DNA from: Antechinus flavipes | Lineage: Eukaryota | Direction: 5' to 3' | Length of the DNA: 64,000 nucleotides | Assembly (NCBI RefSeq): GCF_016432865.1 | Contig: NC_067399.1 | Location: 75,950,001-76,014,000, forward strand | Part shown: positions 25,801 to 40,303 of the stretch, piece by piece | Position numbering within the stretch: position 1 is the stretch's first letter | How the letters are laid out: each line of letters opens with the position of its first letter | The notes under the pieces: generated by a model | Databases searched by the model: none | What the model was told of the DNA's origin: nothing | Seen by the model: the letters and a program-made list of their open reading frames with translations, nothing else | Position numbers and translations under genes: made by a program

Positions 25801-27219
25801 GGTATGAATTGCATTAGGAGACTGTGCATCATTGCCAGAAAATTGGGGGTGTTTGCAGATAACAAGTTAATAAGAAATAGATAATAGTGTGTATAAATAG
25901 GAATTCAGCAGTATCACTAAGATGATAACAAGGTTCAATAAGAAAGAGGTGTTGAGCATTTATATCACTTCTAAGTGTAGACCAAATCAGGTTAAAAAGT
26001 AATTGGGAGATATTTAACAAAATAAATAAAAATACCATAAAACAGAGTGAACCTTACATTTAAAAGTAAATCAAAATGTAGCCTATAGGAAGCCTATGTA
26101 AATTAGACCTTCCCCTTCCAGTTGAATTTGACCCTCTTACTCTAGGATAAGTTATGTACCTGCCCTAATAGAATGTATAAATTAGTATCTACTGGTTTTG
26201 TCAGATGGAAAGGCTAAAAAGAAGAAATTTAAATTAAGATGACAATTTTTGTTCCCTTTTTTGTGCTGGAACTGTAATGGAAGAAATGGAAGATGGAAGG
26301 AAAAACCAACTTCTTTTTTAAAACCTACATATTTTAAGAAATATATTTATTTAATGATTTCATAAAACCATAAATGTCAGAGAAGCATTATGTCTATTGA
26401 ATGGATGGCTAACTTTAAAACCATGAAAACATGAGTATAAATCTCACCCCTAATACATTTGTGTAATCCTAGATGAGTCACCACCTCTCAGAATTCTAAA
26501 ATTGTTTTGGAAAAGGGCCCAACTTGTGTTAGTAGAGGGTGTTTCCTAACCTCAGAGCTTTCAAGACCAAGGAAATCATGTCAGATCCCTAGTTCTATAA
26601 AATGTCAAATCTGGAAAGAATATGAGGAGATCATCTAGTCCTTTCTATTCACTTTACAAAGGAGGAAATAAATAGCCAGGCAAGGAATTTACTCAAGATT
26701 AAGTATAGGGTACTAAATATTTATCAAATCAATCACTGAGGAAAAAATATCCACATATCATAGTTTTAAGTGTAATCTGCCTTATTAATATCTTTTCAAT
26801 CACTTTATGACTAATTGACAAAACAACAAATCAGGCCTTGATTTATTGCCACTGCCAATTTCTGTGGTGTAAATCCTCACACTGAAAATTCAATAAGCAG
26901 TTCTCATCAGCCAGTTTGAGCTACCTTCAACATATATCACCATCCCAAGATCATAAAATGAACAAATATTGAATTAAAAAAACAAATCTCCTCTCTGAAA
27001 ACATAATCAGAGCCACAGAGGTCATGTAACTGCTGTTAACTCTGAAAATACCAGAGCTCTCATAAATTATCACAACCACAGTTGTCTGAAAAAAATATAA
27101 AGGAGATCACTGAAATCACAATTAACTCTAAGAAATACAATAAAAATGTAACAAAAAAATCAAAGAGCTAGCCACATGAGGATGAAAGCTTTCTTTATAT
27201 CACTAGAGGAGGGGAATTA

Positions 27220-28218
<999 letters not shown>

Positions 28219-28244
28219 TTATAGAAGAGGCTGTCTGCATAGAT

Positions 28245-28688
28245 TGAGAAGACTGCTGTACCTCTTTTACCTGCAAATCTGAAGACTGCCATATCTCTTT
28301 TACCTGCAAATCTGCCTGGAACAAAGATTCTGCCTGGAGCCCAGGTAAGAACGATTGTTCTGCCCTGGCCCTCTGTCGCCCTTTCCCTCACTATTTTCCA
28401 ACCCCAGCTGAGCTCTGTGAGAAGATCTGGAACAACTCTTACAAGGCCACCAAGGAGACAGGGCAGTGAGCGCTGCATTCAGATGTGGTTTGACCCTGCC
28501 CAAGGCAATCCCAATGCAGCTGTAGCCCAGCTCTATGCAAACCGCGCTGTTCCCCAGAAACTCCCCCTCATCGTATTTCCCCTCCTACTATTTGCCCTCT
28601 AAGAGATTCTAACACTTATCTCCAAACTCTTCTCAACTGCCTACTGGCCTCTCTTCAAGGGTCTTGGACAAGAGGATCTGGGACTTTC
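28245..28688 (+). pseudogene. IZUMO1R-like: Inverted second copy of the 3' half of the same cDNA (WEDC...to stop at 28602, plus ~85-bp 3'UTR)
   Basis: Reverse complement of 27394-27798 with ~10 substitutions, a 2-bp deletion and a 33-bp tandem duplication; retains RCIQMW and the [30 protein letters not shown]-type tail. Confidence 0.9.
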
Positions 28689-29224
28689 CTCCCTCCAAAT
28701 GTCTCCAAATCCAAAGGTTTGTCTTTCAGCCTCCAGCCAGCCAGTTGGAAAATGGAATGAATCTCTCTTGCCTCTGAGAGAGGGCTTCTGGCTCTCAATC
28801 TCCAATATAGCCTGGTTAGCTTTTCTTAGAGGCCTCTCTCTCTCCTTGGTTCTAAGAGCTCTCGCAGCTTTGTCCTTTGCTTCTGCCTCTGCTTTCTTCA
28901 ACCTCCAGAGCCAGCACCAAGTTTAAGTTGTAATGAATCTTTCTTGCCTCCGTCTGTTTCTCATATATGAGAGAGAGGAATTGTGGGATATGAGAGAGAG
29001 AGAGAGATTATGGGTTTCTTCCCATAGTGCTCTCTGGCCCTAAGAGCTTCAAGGAAGGTGTGAATTCACAAAGTTTACTTTGTGAAACTCCCATACTTGT
29101 GAACTCCAATGAGTAAAGTTGTGAACACAAGCATTGTATCAATTAGTTCTACTTAGTACCTTGTTTCAGGTTCTGGCCCAAAACATCCACTCTAAAGAGT
29201 TAGCAGTTTGTAAAGATTCCAACA
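28689..29224 (-). mobile_element. Right LTR (U3-R portion) pointing into the cDNA hairpin
   Basis: Homologous to neighbouring LTRs (gagctcttagaaccaaggagagagagaggcctctaagaaaagctaa); no AATAAA/ATTAAA seen on its sense strand; no U5 end. Confidence 0.8.
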
Positions 29225-29564
29225 GGGTAACAGTAACAATGAGACAAGTTTAGCTCCTGGCACAGTTACATGCCCAGAACATGCTTACTGCAGGTGTTTG
29301 TCCAAGCTCAAGGAATACCTGAGGCTGCCATGTAACAATTCTGGGATTCTCTTACATAAAAATTCATCAAGAAGAGGAACATAAAGATTGCTGTTATGCA
29401 AAGTTCAGAGCACAATTCGCTTGTTAGAACCTAGGTTGGGAAAATAGTAAAAAGAAAGGGATGGTCTCAGGCTGGAAATCTTGACATTTCCCAAGTCCTA
29501 TTCACATTCCACTTCATTGAGTAATTTTGTGAGTAATTCAGAAAATATTGTTATTAAATGCACT

Positions 29565-29800
29565 TTATTGTTGTTTGGTTATTTCAATTACTCTTCATGA
29601 GTCCATTTGGGGTTTTCTTGGCAAAATTCTGGAGTACTTTACCATTTCCTCCTCCAACTCATTTTTCAGAGGAGGAAACTAACAAATGGTGTTAAGTGAC
29701 TTTCCCTGGTACACACAGCTAATAATTGTCTGAGGGCAGTTTTGATGGGTCTTCATCACCCCAGAACTGGCACTATCTGTTAACTGATCATGCTGGCCTA
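29565..29800 (+). mobile_element. MAR1/MIR-like SINE
   Basis: ccatttggggttttcttggcaaa...ccatttcctcctccaactcattttt..gaggaaact...gttaagtgact pattern. Confidence 0.6.
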
Positions 29801-30424
29801 TTAGTCAACTACTTAAGACCTTAAATCTTCCCACTCATCCCAGCCTAAGATGATTCATTCATCTTCTGAATTTCTAAAACATTTAATTTTCTTTAACTTT
29901 CATTAAGCAATTCTTTGAACAATTTCATAAAGCAATCTTCTTAAGTCCCAGGAAGGATTAAGAATTTGCCATAAATCAGTGGATAAGCATTATCAAGCAT
30001 TTACTAAGCTCCAGGCAATACATAAAAAACTATATGTATAAAGAAAAAAAAAAATACCTGCTCTCAAAGAGCTTACTTTCTAATAGGGGAGACAACATGT
30101 GAACATATAGGCATCTACAAGGTATATACTAAGTAAACAAAAATAACTTTAGATGGGAAAGCACCACTAACTGGTGGTACCCTTATTGAATAAACAATGG
30201 GATATCTTTCCTTGAATTACAGCAATCTATGGAATTTTTCAACCATGGTTGGATAACCTTTTGTCAGATACATTAGGAAAGACTGGCCTACACAGATATG
30301 GGTTGAACTAGATGAACACTTCGGTAGATTCCCCTTTTGAAATTCTGATTCACAGATCATATTTTGACCACAGATGGACAAAGCATCTTGGAAGAATTAA
30401 ACAAGTCATTTACTTTTATGCTTT

Positions 30425-32300
30425 CTTATTTAAAAATGTGAACTTCTCTTCATTGGCTGATTGGTTGTTGTCCTTCATCCTTAAAGGGGATCAAAATTAC
30501 ATGATTATTTTTCAGGAAACTGCATTATCTCTAACGATGATTGATCAGCAGGCCAATACAACTCAAAAGTCTCTACCACAGCTTGGGTACAAATACTCCA
30601 TGAGAACATTAGGGGCTAGATTTTCTAAATTTGGACATCTGGAATTTCTTTTGATTTAGGCCAATTCTTCTTTTCTCATAGATCACATCACCTTTTACAT
30701 GAAGGCACCCCGTCATGGACAGTTCTGTGCCAGCATCTTCCATGATGCATACTCAAATCCAAAGTTCTTCAGAGAACCCTAGACAGGGATTTTGTATTGC
30801 TTCTTCTGACCACTACAGGAGTGCTTACCTTGTTTGATTTCTCTATAAAAGAGTTTTTCAGGCAAGCATAAATTTGCCATCCAAATAACATGGCAATCCT
30901 ATCAGAATTATACTGTTTGCAGTAGAGTTTGAATGCTTGGCAATTCAGTTCCAGAAAGGAAGTCAGCCTTGGGTACCTTACCCTGCTAGGTGATCTTGAG
31001 AATCTTCCAAAGACTGTTCAAACAGAAGCCATCCAGTTTCCTGACATGGCATTAGTATATTCCAGATTTTGTGGCCATATGAAAATGAGACCTGCACAAT
31101 AGCCCTGTAGCACTTCTTTTCAGTAATTAGTCTAATACCTCTTCTCTCCCACACTTTCCTCTGGAGCTGAGTATATCACTGGGCTAGCCAGAGCTAGCAT
31201 ATATGAACCTCAACATCTATGTGTTTATCACTGGAAGATACACCATCAAGATAAGAGAATTTATCCACAGCATTTAATATTTTTAGTCTTGTGTCGCTCA
31301 GGGCTGCTATTTGGATGCAATATCTGCTGAATTCACTTGCAATAAGAGCTGTTCAACTTGAAGGTCTACATAATACATATGTAATAATATGTACTGATAT
31401 GTACTGATAGTCTTATGTACTGATAGAAAGTGGAATCATTTTGTGAAGATTTTTGTACATTTTTTGTATGCTTTGGTCACAGAATAAGATCCCAGTCTGG
31501 TTTGGCAAACCAATCCAAGGCTAGATAAGTAGAAATTTTTTAGGAAATCTTTTCTAGCCCTTTCCTCAAACCAGAAAGTAAGCATTGTGGTAATTAAAAG
31601 GCTGCTTAGACTTCATAAGGGTTGCTAAATCCCACTGCTGCTTCCAATGGCAAGAGAATCATATAGCTTGGCCTATCTGTGTGCAGAATGGTGACTATAT
31701 CTCCCAGTCTATCCATTACTTCTATTTCATCATTGCCTGTTGCCAGAGCACTTTGAAATTGGTTTTTAAAAAAAGGTAAAATGATTTGGGTAAATTTTTT
31801 TGATTCATTTATCAATTGGATTATACTGAGGCAGAACTGTACTAAGTTACTGACCCTACTCTCTCTTCCAGTCATCCCATTGCAGTGGCAAGGCAGAGTC
31901 AACACAACTAGTGATGGCTTGAGATGAAGTATATAGGGTATAGGGGATCAGGAAAACTAGTATCTCTGGTGTAAGAGCTGCCAATCACTTTTCAGAACTG
32001 CTTTCACCTTTGGTGTCTCCCTCATCCACCTAACTCTTAATTATGGTTTCAAAAAGTTTTAGCCTGCACACAACTGAACTACAGTAAATCATTGAGCAGA
32101 TAGGATAGACAAGGTTAAGGGCAACTTAGAGGTCTCAAACCACTCACTGAGTTAGGAGAATATCTACTCAAGCCTATGGATCCCATGGTGGGATGGGCAG
32201 AATAGAACAATTTATTACAACAGTCATGAGGGTAGCTGAAGCAAGTTCTATGAAGTTCTTTGAGCTTGGTCAGACATCAAAGAAGACAAAGTCATCTGTT
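30425..32300 (-). mobile_element. RTE-clade LINE remnants
   Basis: Reverse strand resembles an RTE ORF C-terminus (CQENL..EL.QGKHSCSGQKKQYKIP..GSLKNFG) with a typical 3' end near 30430; the 31700-32300 part is shared with unit A (9300-9900); boundaries approximate. Confidence 0.6.
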
Positions 32301-33109
32301 CTTCCTTCTCCCCCAAAAATGAGAGGCTAGCTTAGTAACACTTTTGACTGAAAATAGTAGCTGAAAACTTTTCCCCTGCTTATGTAATTGAATAAAGGCA
32401 AAGAGGAAAAAGAGACTGCTTTACTTTTGAAGGTTACTGGTTATAGCTGTTCCATCCTTCTCCTAATGTGTAGGTATGTTATATTCTTAAATCATGAAAG
32501 AACTTGATTGATAGGAAAGCAAATCTGGCTTTTATCCTTTTGGGGATAGTGACATGTTGAACACTTTGACAAAGGATGACTTGGAAATTAAGTCCATGTG
32601 GTTAATGAAGATTATGGCAACTGTAAAGATTAATAGCTGCAATTTGTAGAACCAAATCTTAGGTTCATTTAGTTCACTTTAAAATTAGAAGTCATCTTGT
32701 TGTCCAATTATAGGAATTCCTGCTAAATAATTTCTGAACAGGAATCCAACCACTTGTTTTTTGTACTTACTGTGACAAGTGCCCACGGGTTATCAAGTCA
32801 GACTATCTCATTTTTATCAGCTACAAATTAATGACATAAACTTTACAAAAGAACAATGACTAGAAAGAGACTTGAATTAGGATGACCAGTAAAGAGGATA
32901 GCTAGGTTAAGCCCATCTCAAATAGCAGGACATAGGTCAGATCACTTCTCCAAATATAAATTTCCTCACTTATAAGAATTAGAAGTCGTATTTGGTGATA
33001 ACTAGGGTTTCTTCTAGATCTGAATCTCTACGAAGTTTGTTTCATGAACAAGATATATTTACTAAAATTTCTTTTGAAAGAAATGATTGGTATTTTTGTT
33101 TTCTCTCAG

Positions 33110-34075
33110 ATGAAGCAAGTTAATGATGAAAATGGGAATCAAACCATTATCTCTGAATTCATTCTCCTGGGCCTGCCTATCCAACCAGAGCTAAAGGCCC
33201 TTTTCTATGCCCTCTTTCTGGCCATGTACCTGACTACAATCCTTGGGAACATGCTCATCATCCTCTTGATCTCTCTGGATTCCCACCTACATACACCCAT
33301 GTATCTGTTCCTCAGCAATCTGTCCTTCTCTGACATGTGCTTCTCTTCTGTGACCATCCCCAAACTGTTAATAAATATGGAGAGCAAGAAACCAGCTATA
33401 CCCTATCCTGGCTGCCTGACCCAGATGTACTTCTTCCTTTTCTTTGGAGACCTGGAGAGCTTCCTGCTAGTAGCCATGGCCTATGACCGTTATGTGGCCA
33501 TCTGTTACCCACTGCACTACACAGTCATGATGAGCCCCAAACTATGCAGCATTCTTGTGGTGCTCTCGTGGGTCCTAACTACTTTTCATGCAATGCTGCA
33601 AACCCTGCTCATGTCTCGAATATCCTTCTGTGATAACAACATTATCCCCCACTTCTTCTGTGATACGTCTGCCCTGCTAAAACTGGCTTGTTCAGATATC
33701 CACATCAATGAGCTAGTACTATTCATGGCAGTAGGACTGATTATTGTTATACCATTTCTGCTAATTGTCATATCCTATGCTCGTATCCTCTCTTCTATTC
33801 TCAGGGTGCCCTCTGTGAGGGGCATCCGCAAAGCCTTCTCTACCTGTGGTTCCCATCTCTCAGTGGTCTCTCTCTTCTATGGGATGATCATTGGACTCTA
33901 CTTGTGCCCTTCAGCCAATAACTCCACATTAAAGGAGACAGTCATGTCAATCATGTACACTGTGGTAACACCAATGCTGAACCCCTTCATCTATAGTCTG
34001 AGGAATCAAGACATAAAAGGGGCCTTCAAGAAACTCCTAGAAGGAAGAAAAATCCCCAACACCCTGGGACTATGA
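33110..34075 (+). CDS. OR1E-like: Olfactory receptor OR1E-like (OR2), 321 aa, intact
   Basis: Same motifs as OR1. The true start is taken as the ATG at 33110 after acceptor ttctctcag; the ORF-track start at 33044 is intronic by comparison with paralogs. Confidence 0.95.
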   Translation: MKQVNDENGNQTIISEFILLGLPIQPELKALFYALFLAMYLTTILGNMLIILLISLDSHLHTPMYLFLSNLSFSDMCFSSVTIPKLLINMESKKPAIPYPGCLTQMYFFLFFGDLESFLLVAMAYDRYVAICYPLHYTVMMSPKLCSILVVLSWVLTTFHAMLQTLLMSRISFCDNNIIPHFFCDTSALLKLACSDIHINELVLFMAVGLIIVIPFLLIVISYARILSSILRVPSVRGIRKAFSTCGSHLSVVSLFYGMIIGLYLCPSANNSTLKETVMSIMYTVVTPMLNPFIYSLRNQDIKGAFKKLLEGRKIPNTLGL

Positions 34076-35476
34076 TACTGAACTTTCTAACATAATACTT
34101 TACAATTACAAAGGGAATGCATAGAATAATAATAATGAAGACACTGGAAACATATCATATATCGTCTCCTTGCTTACATTTCATCCCATCTATTCTACAC
34201 TATCAGAATATTCTTCCTTAAATCTTCTTCTATTATATTCCTCTCCTACTCAAATACTATTCAGTCTTCCAAGTCTTACTCTTCCTCTCTTCCTTCCCCT
34301 TATACCTTTACTTATACTGGGTATTACAACCAGATTTGTCTCATCACAGTCCCTATTGCTATCTCTACTGCTACCCATTTTTCCAGATAGAGTGCTCTCT
34401 CCCTTTCTCAACATTCTTTGAACTTTAATGCTCAACATATATTCCCCTTTATGGATATATTTTGGACATGTTAGTTATATACTAAGTATTAGATCTTGTA
34501 TAAGGTATAGCTCTTTTATGTGTTCTCAACCATCCTTCATTGATGTGATTAAATACCTCATCTCAACTCCTAAATCACTAAATTTTCTAATTTAGCAATT
34601 TCTGATGAACACTTTTAAGAATACTCTTATGATACAAACATCATTCCACCTGGATATGAGAATATTATCATGGTTTGAAGAAAAGTGAAAAGAATTCTTA
34701 ATTAAAGCATTTTCATTTAGAGCATTTTATTTTTCCCAATGACATCGACAATTTTTAGAATTAATATTTAAAAGATGAATTCCATTTTTCTCTCCCCTTC
34801 TTATCCCTCCCCTATTCCAAAAATGGTAGGCAATTTATGTTATATGTGTGCTATTATAGGCATAGTTTTGATAGAAGAAATAGATCAAAAGGTTTCACTC
34901 TGCATTTAGAATCCATCATTTCTTTGTGAGTCTTTTGTACTTGTCTTAGATCACTATGTTGCTAAGAAGAACTTAAGTCATTCATATCTGATCATAATGA
35001 AATGTTGCTGATACTGCATACAGTGTTTACCTGGTCCTATTCATTTCATTTTGCATCACTTTGTATGTCTTTCCAGTGTTTTTCCCTCAATCCCATCTAT
35101 TCATCATTTCTTATTGTACAATAGTATTCCATTACAATAATATTCTGCAACTTGCTTAGTAATTCCCCAATTGATTTTTTTGGCTTTGCTTTTGATTTAT
35201 TTATTTAATATTTTCACCCAGTTACATTCAAAGAATTTTTTTTTTACATTTGCTTTTAAAATTTTTGACTCTCATCCCCACCCACAATTAAGAAATCACA
35301 TGTGAAGTTATGCAAAACATTTCCATAAAGTGAAGTTGTGAAAGGAAACATAAATCTTCCATCCTAATGAAAAAAATCATCAAGAAAAAATAAGTTGAGA
35401 CAGGCAGAGACAGACAGAACAGAGACACACAGAGAGAGACAGAGACAGAGATACACAGAAATATACAAAGGGGAAG

Positions 35477-35482
35477 AGAAAG

Positions 35483-35530
<48 letters not shown>

Positions 35531-35870
35531 ATTGGACAGAAACAGCTACACCCAAAGAAGGAACACTGGGAAATGAATGTGAACTATTTGCATTTTTGAT
35601 TTTCTTCCCGAGTTATTTTTACCTTCTGAATCCAATTCTCCCTGTGCAACAAGAGAACTATTCGGTTCTGCAAATATGTATTGTATCTAGGATATACTGC
35701 AATATATTTAACATATATAGGACTGCTTGCCATCTTGGGGGGGGTGGAGGGAGGAAGGGGAAAAAACGAAACATAAGCGAGTGCAAGGGATAATGTTGTA
35801 AAAAATTACCCTGGCATGGATTCTGTCAATACAAAGTTATTATTAAATAAAATAAAATTTAAAAAAAAAT
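35477..35870 (+). mobile_element. (GA)n tract followed by L1 3' end
   Basis: Same 3'UTR as 18720-19030, with AATAAA and A tail. Confidence 0.8.
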
Positions 35871-36135
35871 GCCTACTCTGAAAACTAGGAAGCAGCCCAA
35901 TAAAAATAGATTAGATTAACACAATGGCATATTAAACAATAATTAAAATGGATAAATATGCATATATGTATTTAAAAAAAAGAAAGAGAGATCATTAAAG
36001 ATAATTTCTCAATAAAAGTTTTATTAATAAAATAAGTATGGAACCAAGGCAAATTTACAATAATAAAATCCATCCTCCAATTGATAGATTTTGGATATAC
36101 AGTTTGCAGAGGAAGAAATCAAAGCTATCAACAGA

Positions 36136-36557
36136 TGTCTGAACCTGCTCACTAGAGGATTTCCATACCAGTCTGAATCCTGATCATGGATGAGGAGTGA
36201 AGGGGCAGAACTCACGAAGGGTCATACAGAAGTCCATTTATTCAAAATTTTCTTAGCCTTATATATCCTAATACACTTGCCTAATTATAGCTCACTGCAC
36301 ATGCATGAATTATAAGATATTGCACATGCAGAACCACATAAACAACTTGCTATTGTGTGCAGATGCTTCCTTACTATTTTAATATAACTCTGCTTTAATT
36401 ACAACACAGGTTCTCATGCTCCCTAACTTCTCAGGAAAGCCAAGACACCCCTGGGGGAATGGGGAAACCAAAGCAGACCTGTCAGCAGGGTTCATTTTAC
36501 CAGACTAAAGGGTCTTATACCTTGCCCAGGGTTCCATACTATCTGTGACCCTCTACA
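36136..36557 (-). mobile_element. Solo LTR (422 bp)
   Basis: TG...CA ends; minus strand has TATAAG and AATAAA; 6-bp TSD aacaga/aataga (1 mismatch). Confidence 0.8.
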
Positions 36558-36891
36558 AATAGAGGAAGAAAAAATGCTCTAAATCAATAATAATATATAT
36601 AAATAATATAAAATAGCAAAATTCATATAACAGCCACTCTGAGGTATCATCTTGGACAGTCAGATGATGCAATAAATGGAGTTCTGACTTGGAGCCAGGA
36701 AAACCTAAGTCTAAATCTTGCCTCAATTTCTTTCTTTGCTCTTATTTTTGGAACATGGCTAATATGAACATTTATTTTGTGACTATACATGTTTATAATG
36801 GTTTGTTAGGATTTGGCGGGCAAGGACATTTTTGTCTTCTCAATGGATGAAAGAGTAGAGTTCATAATCTGAGCAAAGGGAGATGATTCAC

Positions 36892-37121
36892 TGTTGAGGT
36901 CTAGATTTGGGGTACCTAAATGAAATTAGGGTTTCGGTGCAAGGATACAGCAGTAAATGGGGTCTAGTAGCGGCGTGAGTTCCTAATAAAAGCATTTATT
37001 GGCCCGGAGAGCTAGATTGATAAAAGAAGTTTATTATTGGGTAAGCAAGGTTAAAGTATAGGCGAAGGTAGAGATAAGGAGGGGACTGGACAGAGGGTCC
37101 AGTGGACAGAGGGTCCTCACA
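36892..37121 (-). mobile_element. Very short solo LTR (230 bp)
   Basis: TG...CA ends, perfect 6-bp TSD attcac (36886-36891; 37122-37127); the empty site with a single attcac is seen in unit B (~22494); AATAAA on minus strand. Confidence 0.88.
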
Positions 37122-37378
37122 ATTCACAAAGGTGAAAACAAGTGGATAATTGTCCCTGTGAGAATATGAACCAGGAATATAGTGGGTGGTTCTGATAAAA
37201 AGTACTACTACACTACAAATAAGAGGACAGTTAAAATAAAGGATACTTTCTAAGTTCCAAGGGAAGTTTAAGCGTATGAAAACTTCAAGTATTTATGAAG
37301 TCTGGCCCAGAGAAAGATCAACTTACAGGGGCACAGAGGAAGAGAACTTGAACACAAGAAAATCTTCACATTTGTCAC

Positions 37379-37413
37379 TAATGAATTTCTCAGGGACTTA
37401 AGGTCTCCAGGGT
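37379..37413 (+). promoter_or_regulatory. OR3 promoter module (TAATGA + O/E-like sites)
   Basis: cacTAATGAatTTCTCAGGGActtaaggTCTCCAGGGT. Confidence 0.7.
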
Positions 37414-37518
37414 CAAGGACACTGAAGAAAAGGAAAGACCCAGGCAAAAAACCATGGAAAACAGAGGAGAGGGCAGAAACAAGGATCAAGATCCTAAGAT
37501 CTCATTCAGGCTATCTAG
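37414..37518 (+). other. Predicted 5' exon of OR3 (donor TAG|GTAAGT at 37518/37519)
   Basis: Paralogous to the other three predicted exons; ~2.8-kb intron to 40303. Confidence 0.6.
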
Positions 37519-37624
37519 GTAAGTTGAGAAGAAGCTGAGAATTTCACTGTCTGGATTCCTGACTCTAACATGCTATTATTCCTGATCTATCTGAAATCTA
37601 TTCTTTTCTTTGCAAAGACACTAG

Positions 37625-37627
<3 letters not shown>

Positions 37628-37671
<44 letters not shown>
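37628..37671. repeat. (AC)n microsatellite, paralogous to 6021-6056
   Basis: Direct inspection; unit B has only catatacacag at this position. Confidence 0.95.
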
Positions 37672-37673
<2 letters not shown>

Positions 37674-40303
37674 CATATGGTTCCAACTGTCCTCTGAGAT
37701 AAAAATAGAAACTTTTACTCTGATGTTCAAGGCCTCCCACCATTTGTTCCAAACTATTTTCTGAGATTAACTTCACATGACTTGCATTCACATATTGAGT
37801 ATACAGATAAACTGACCTACAAACTATTTCTCAAAGTCAACATCCTCTCTCCCACCTCCATACATTCTCACAAGCCATTCCTTATGCTTTAAATGCACTC
37901 TCTCCATATCTTCCTATGACCGAATCCTTATTACTCTTAAAAATTCTATTCAAGCACCAATTTCACTAAGAATAGTTGCCTGATGCCACCAGATATAGAC
38001 ACATCCTCATGCTCAAATTTCATTCCATTATACTGACTCAAATAAATGTGGAATGCAATGTCCTTCAGACAATGAACTTTGATCTTTAGGCTTAGTAGAT
38101 TGAATGCACATAGAAGATGCTTCATAAATATATCTAACATCTATATTATCTCTTTGGATTCTTGCAACACCAATAGAAAATAGATGCTATGATTGTGCCC
38201 CTGTTATAGATGAGGAACCTGAGATAAACAGAGGGTAAGTAATTTGATTTGGTCAACAAAGGTCACACAGCTAGTAAGTGTCTGAGACTACAAGTGAACT
38301 CAAATCTTCTTGACTGCAGCCCAGCATTCTTTCCACTGCACCACATAGCTATCTGAGCCAAACTATCTGAGAACAGATATCTTCGACATGACCATAAATG
38401 GTATGAGTTGTATTAGCAAACTGCATGTTCACTACAAATTTCTGGATGTTTTAAAGATAAAAAGCTAATTGCCCTAGATAAGTTCAAATCACCAGGAATA
38501 ACTGTGAACATCTTCATAGGAGAGCTATCAATGAGATTTCTTAACTACTTCAAAGGTTCCCAGTGAATGGGAGATTTGTTGCAGAACTAGAGATGATTAA
38601 GTATCCTAATCGTCACTACAGAAAAAAAAAATGTATTCTTCAAATGGGAGACTAAGGAGTTTCAACTTAGTTCCAAGGATAGGGAGGTAGCTTTAATACA
38701 GAGACAATTCCTCAACACACAGTAAGAGGATCCACATTTACTATAAGACTACATGGGTTCATCAAAAACAAACCACACCACCAGATGAATCCTTCTTTAT
38801 TTGTAATAGATTTCACAAAAGATTAAAGAAATGGAAATTAAGCATGGTTTGCTCGGATTTCAACAGATCATCTGACACAGTCTCTCAAAATATGGATTAG
38901 ATCAGATGTTGTAGGGACATGTAACACAACCCACATTAAAATATAATTGAGAAACATTTAACAAAATAATTAGATATACAATAAAACAAGCTATTGTAGT
39001 TTTCAAACTCTATATGCATCTCACAGGATTTCAATTCTATTTGAGCTTGAACCATTGGAGTAAATAATATAGTTACTTAGGTTCTGAAATCATCATCTCA
39101 GTATGCTCTAAGAGTGTTCATTAATGAACCAATATCAACTTAGAGGATAATTTATAGGGCAATCCCCTGCAGTCCTTTCTTTGGCCTCATTCTATTCAAC
39201 AATTTTAGCAGTAATAGGAAAGAAGATATAGACAGCATGTTGTTGTTTTTTTAATCTAAAATGTCTCAGTAGACTATAAGAGTGACTTAAAGCAACAAAT
39301 TGAATGGGGGAGAAATGTCTTGTATTTTGGTTCAAAATATCAATTGCACAGATTACATAGATATACATAGATATACAGATATAGACAGGGAAAAAAGAGA
39401 TAGAAAGCACATCGTGTGCTGAAAAACTTAGGATACTGTTACTGCAAGCATTGATTTATGTGAATATACTTCAAAGTAACATAAACAAAAATAAATGTAA
39501 TCTGGAGCTATCATTGATTTAAGTATAGTTTTCAGCATTATGTTAGTCATACAATTCTCTATCTGGACATTGGGTTTAAGGAAAAGACAATTACAAGCTA
39601 CATAATGTCCAGAGGACGCAGGCAAATGTGATAAACAAAATTTTAAATATGCAATATCTCAAAAGCACAAAATTTCAGGCTTCTAAGGCAACTCAGAGAA
39701 CATCTAGTAAAATTCATGAGTTCATGAATTCCCTTTACAATATCTCAAAAGATGTTCTTCACTTGAAAACTGTTTTAAAAGGATTTGAAACTAGAACCAG
39801 TGACTCCACATTCACTGTTCCTTTTACTATACCATATAGCGGTATAGTAGAAGGTGACTCATTTGAACACACCATATATGCTTAATCAAGAAAACAGATG
39901 CATCATTTAGGTAGGAAGAGATCACTTCTCTTATCAAATGTTTTAAAGGCTGTGTTGAGGTATTTAATTTGTGATTTAACCCACAGTAAATTACAAAGAA
40001 ATATAGTTTGGTTCAAAATAAGAATAACTTTTTAACCTCTTAGAAATGACCATAAATGTATGAGTTGCAAAAGAGGCTTAGATTGGGATGACCAATAAAC
40101 TAGACATCTAGATTTTAATCCCATCTCAATCACTTCTCTAGATATTAGTTTCTTCACTTATAAAAATTGGAAGTTAGACTTGGTGATCTCTCAGGTTTCT
40201 TCCATCTCTGAAACTCTATAAACTCTGTCTCATGAAAAATCTATTTTTACTAAAATTTCTTTTCAAAGAAATAATTGGCATTTTTTGTGTGTTTTTTTTT
40301 TAG

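Noticed and set aside
33044-33109. 22-aa N-terminal extension of OR2 in the ORF track (343 aa)
   Set aside because: It runs through the polypyrimidine tract and AG acceptor conserved in all four paralogs, and the frame is not kept in the other units; intronic.
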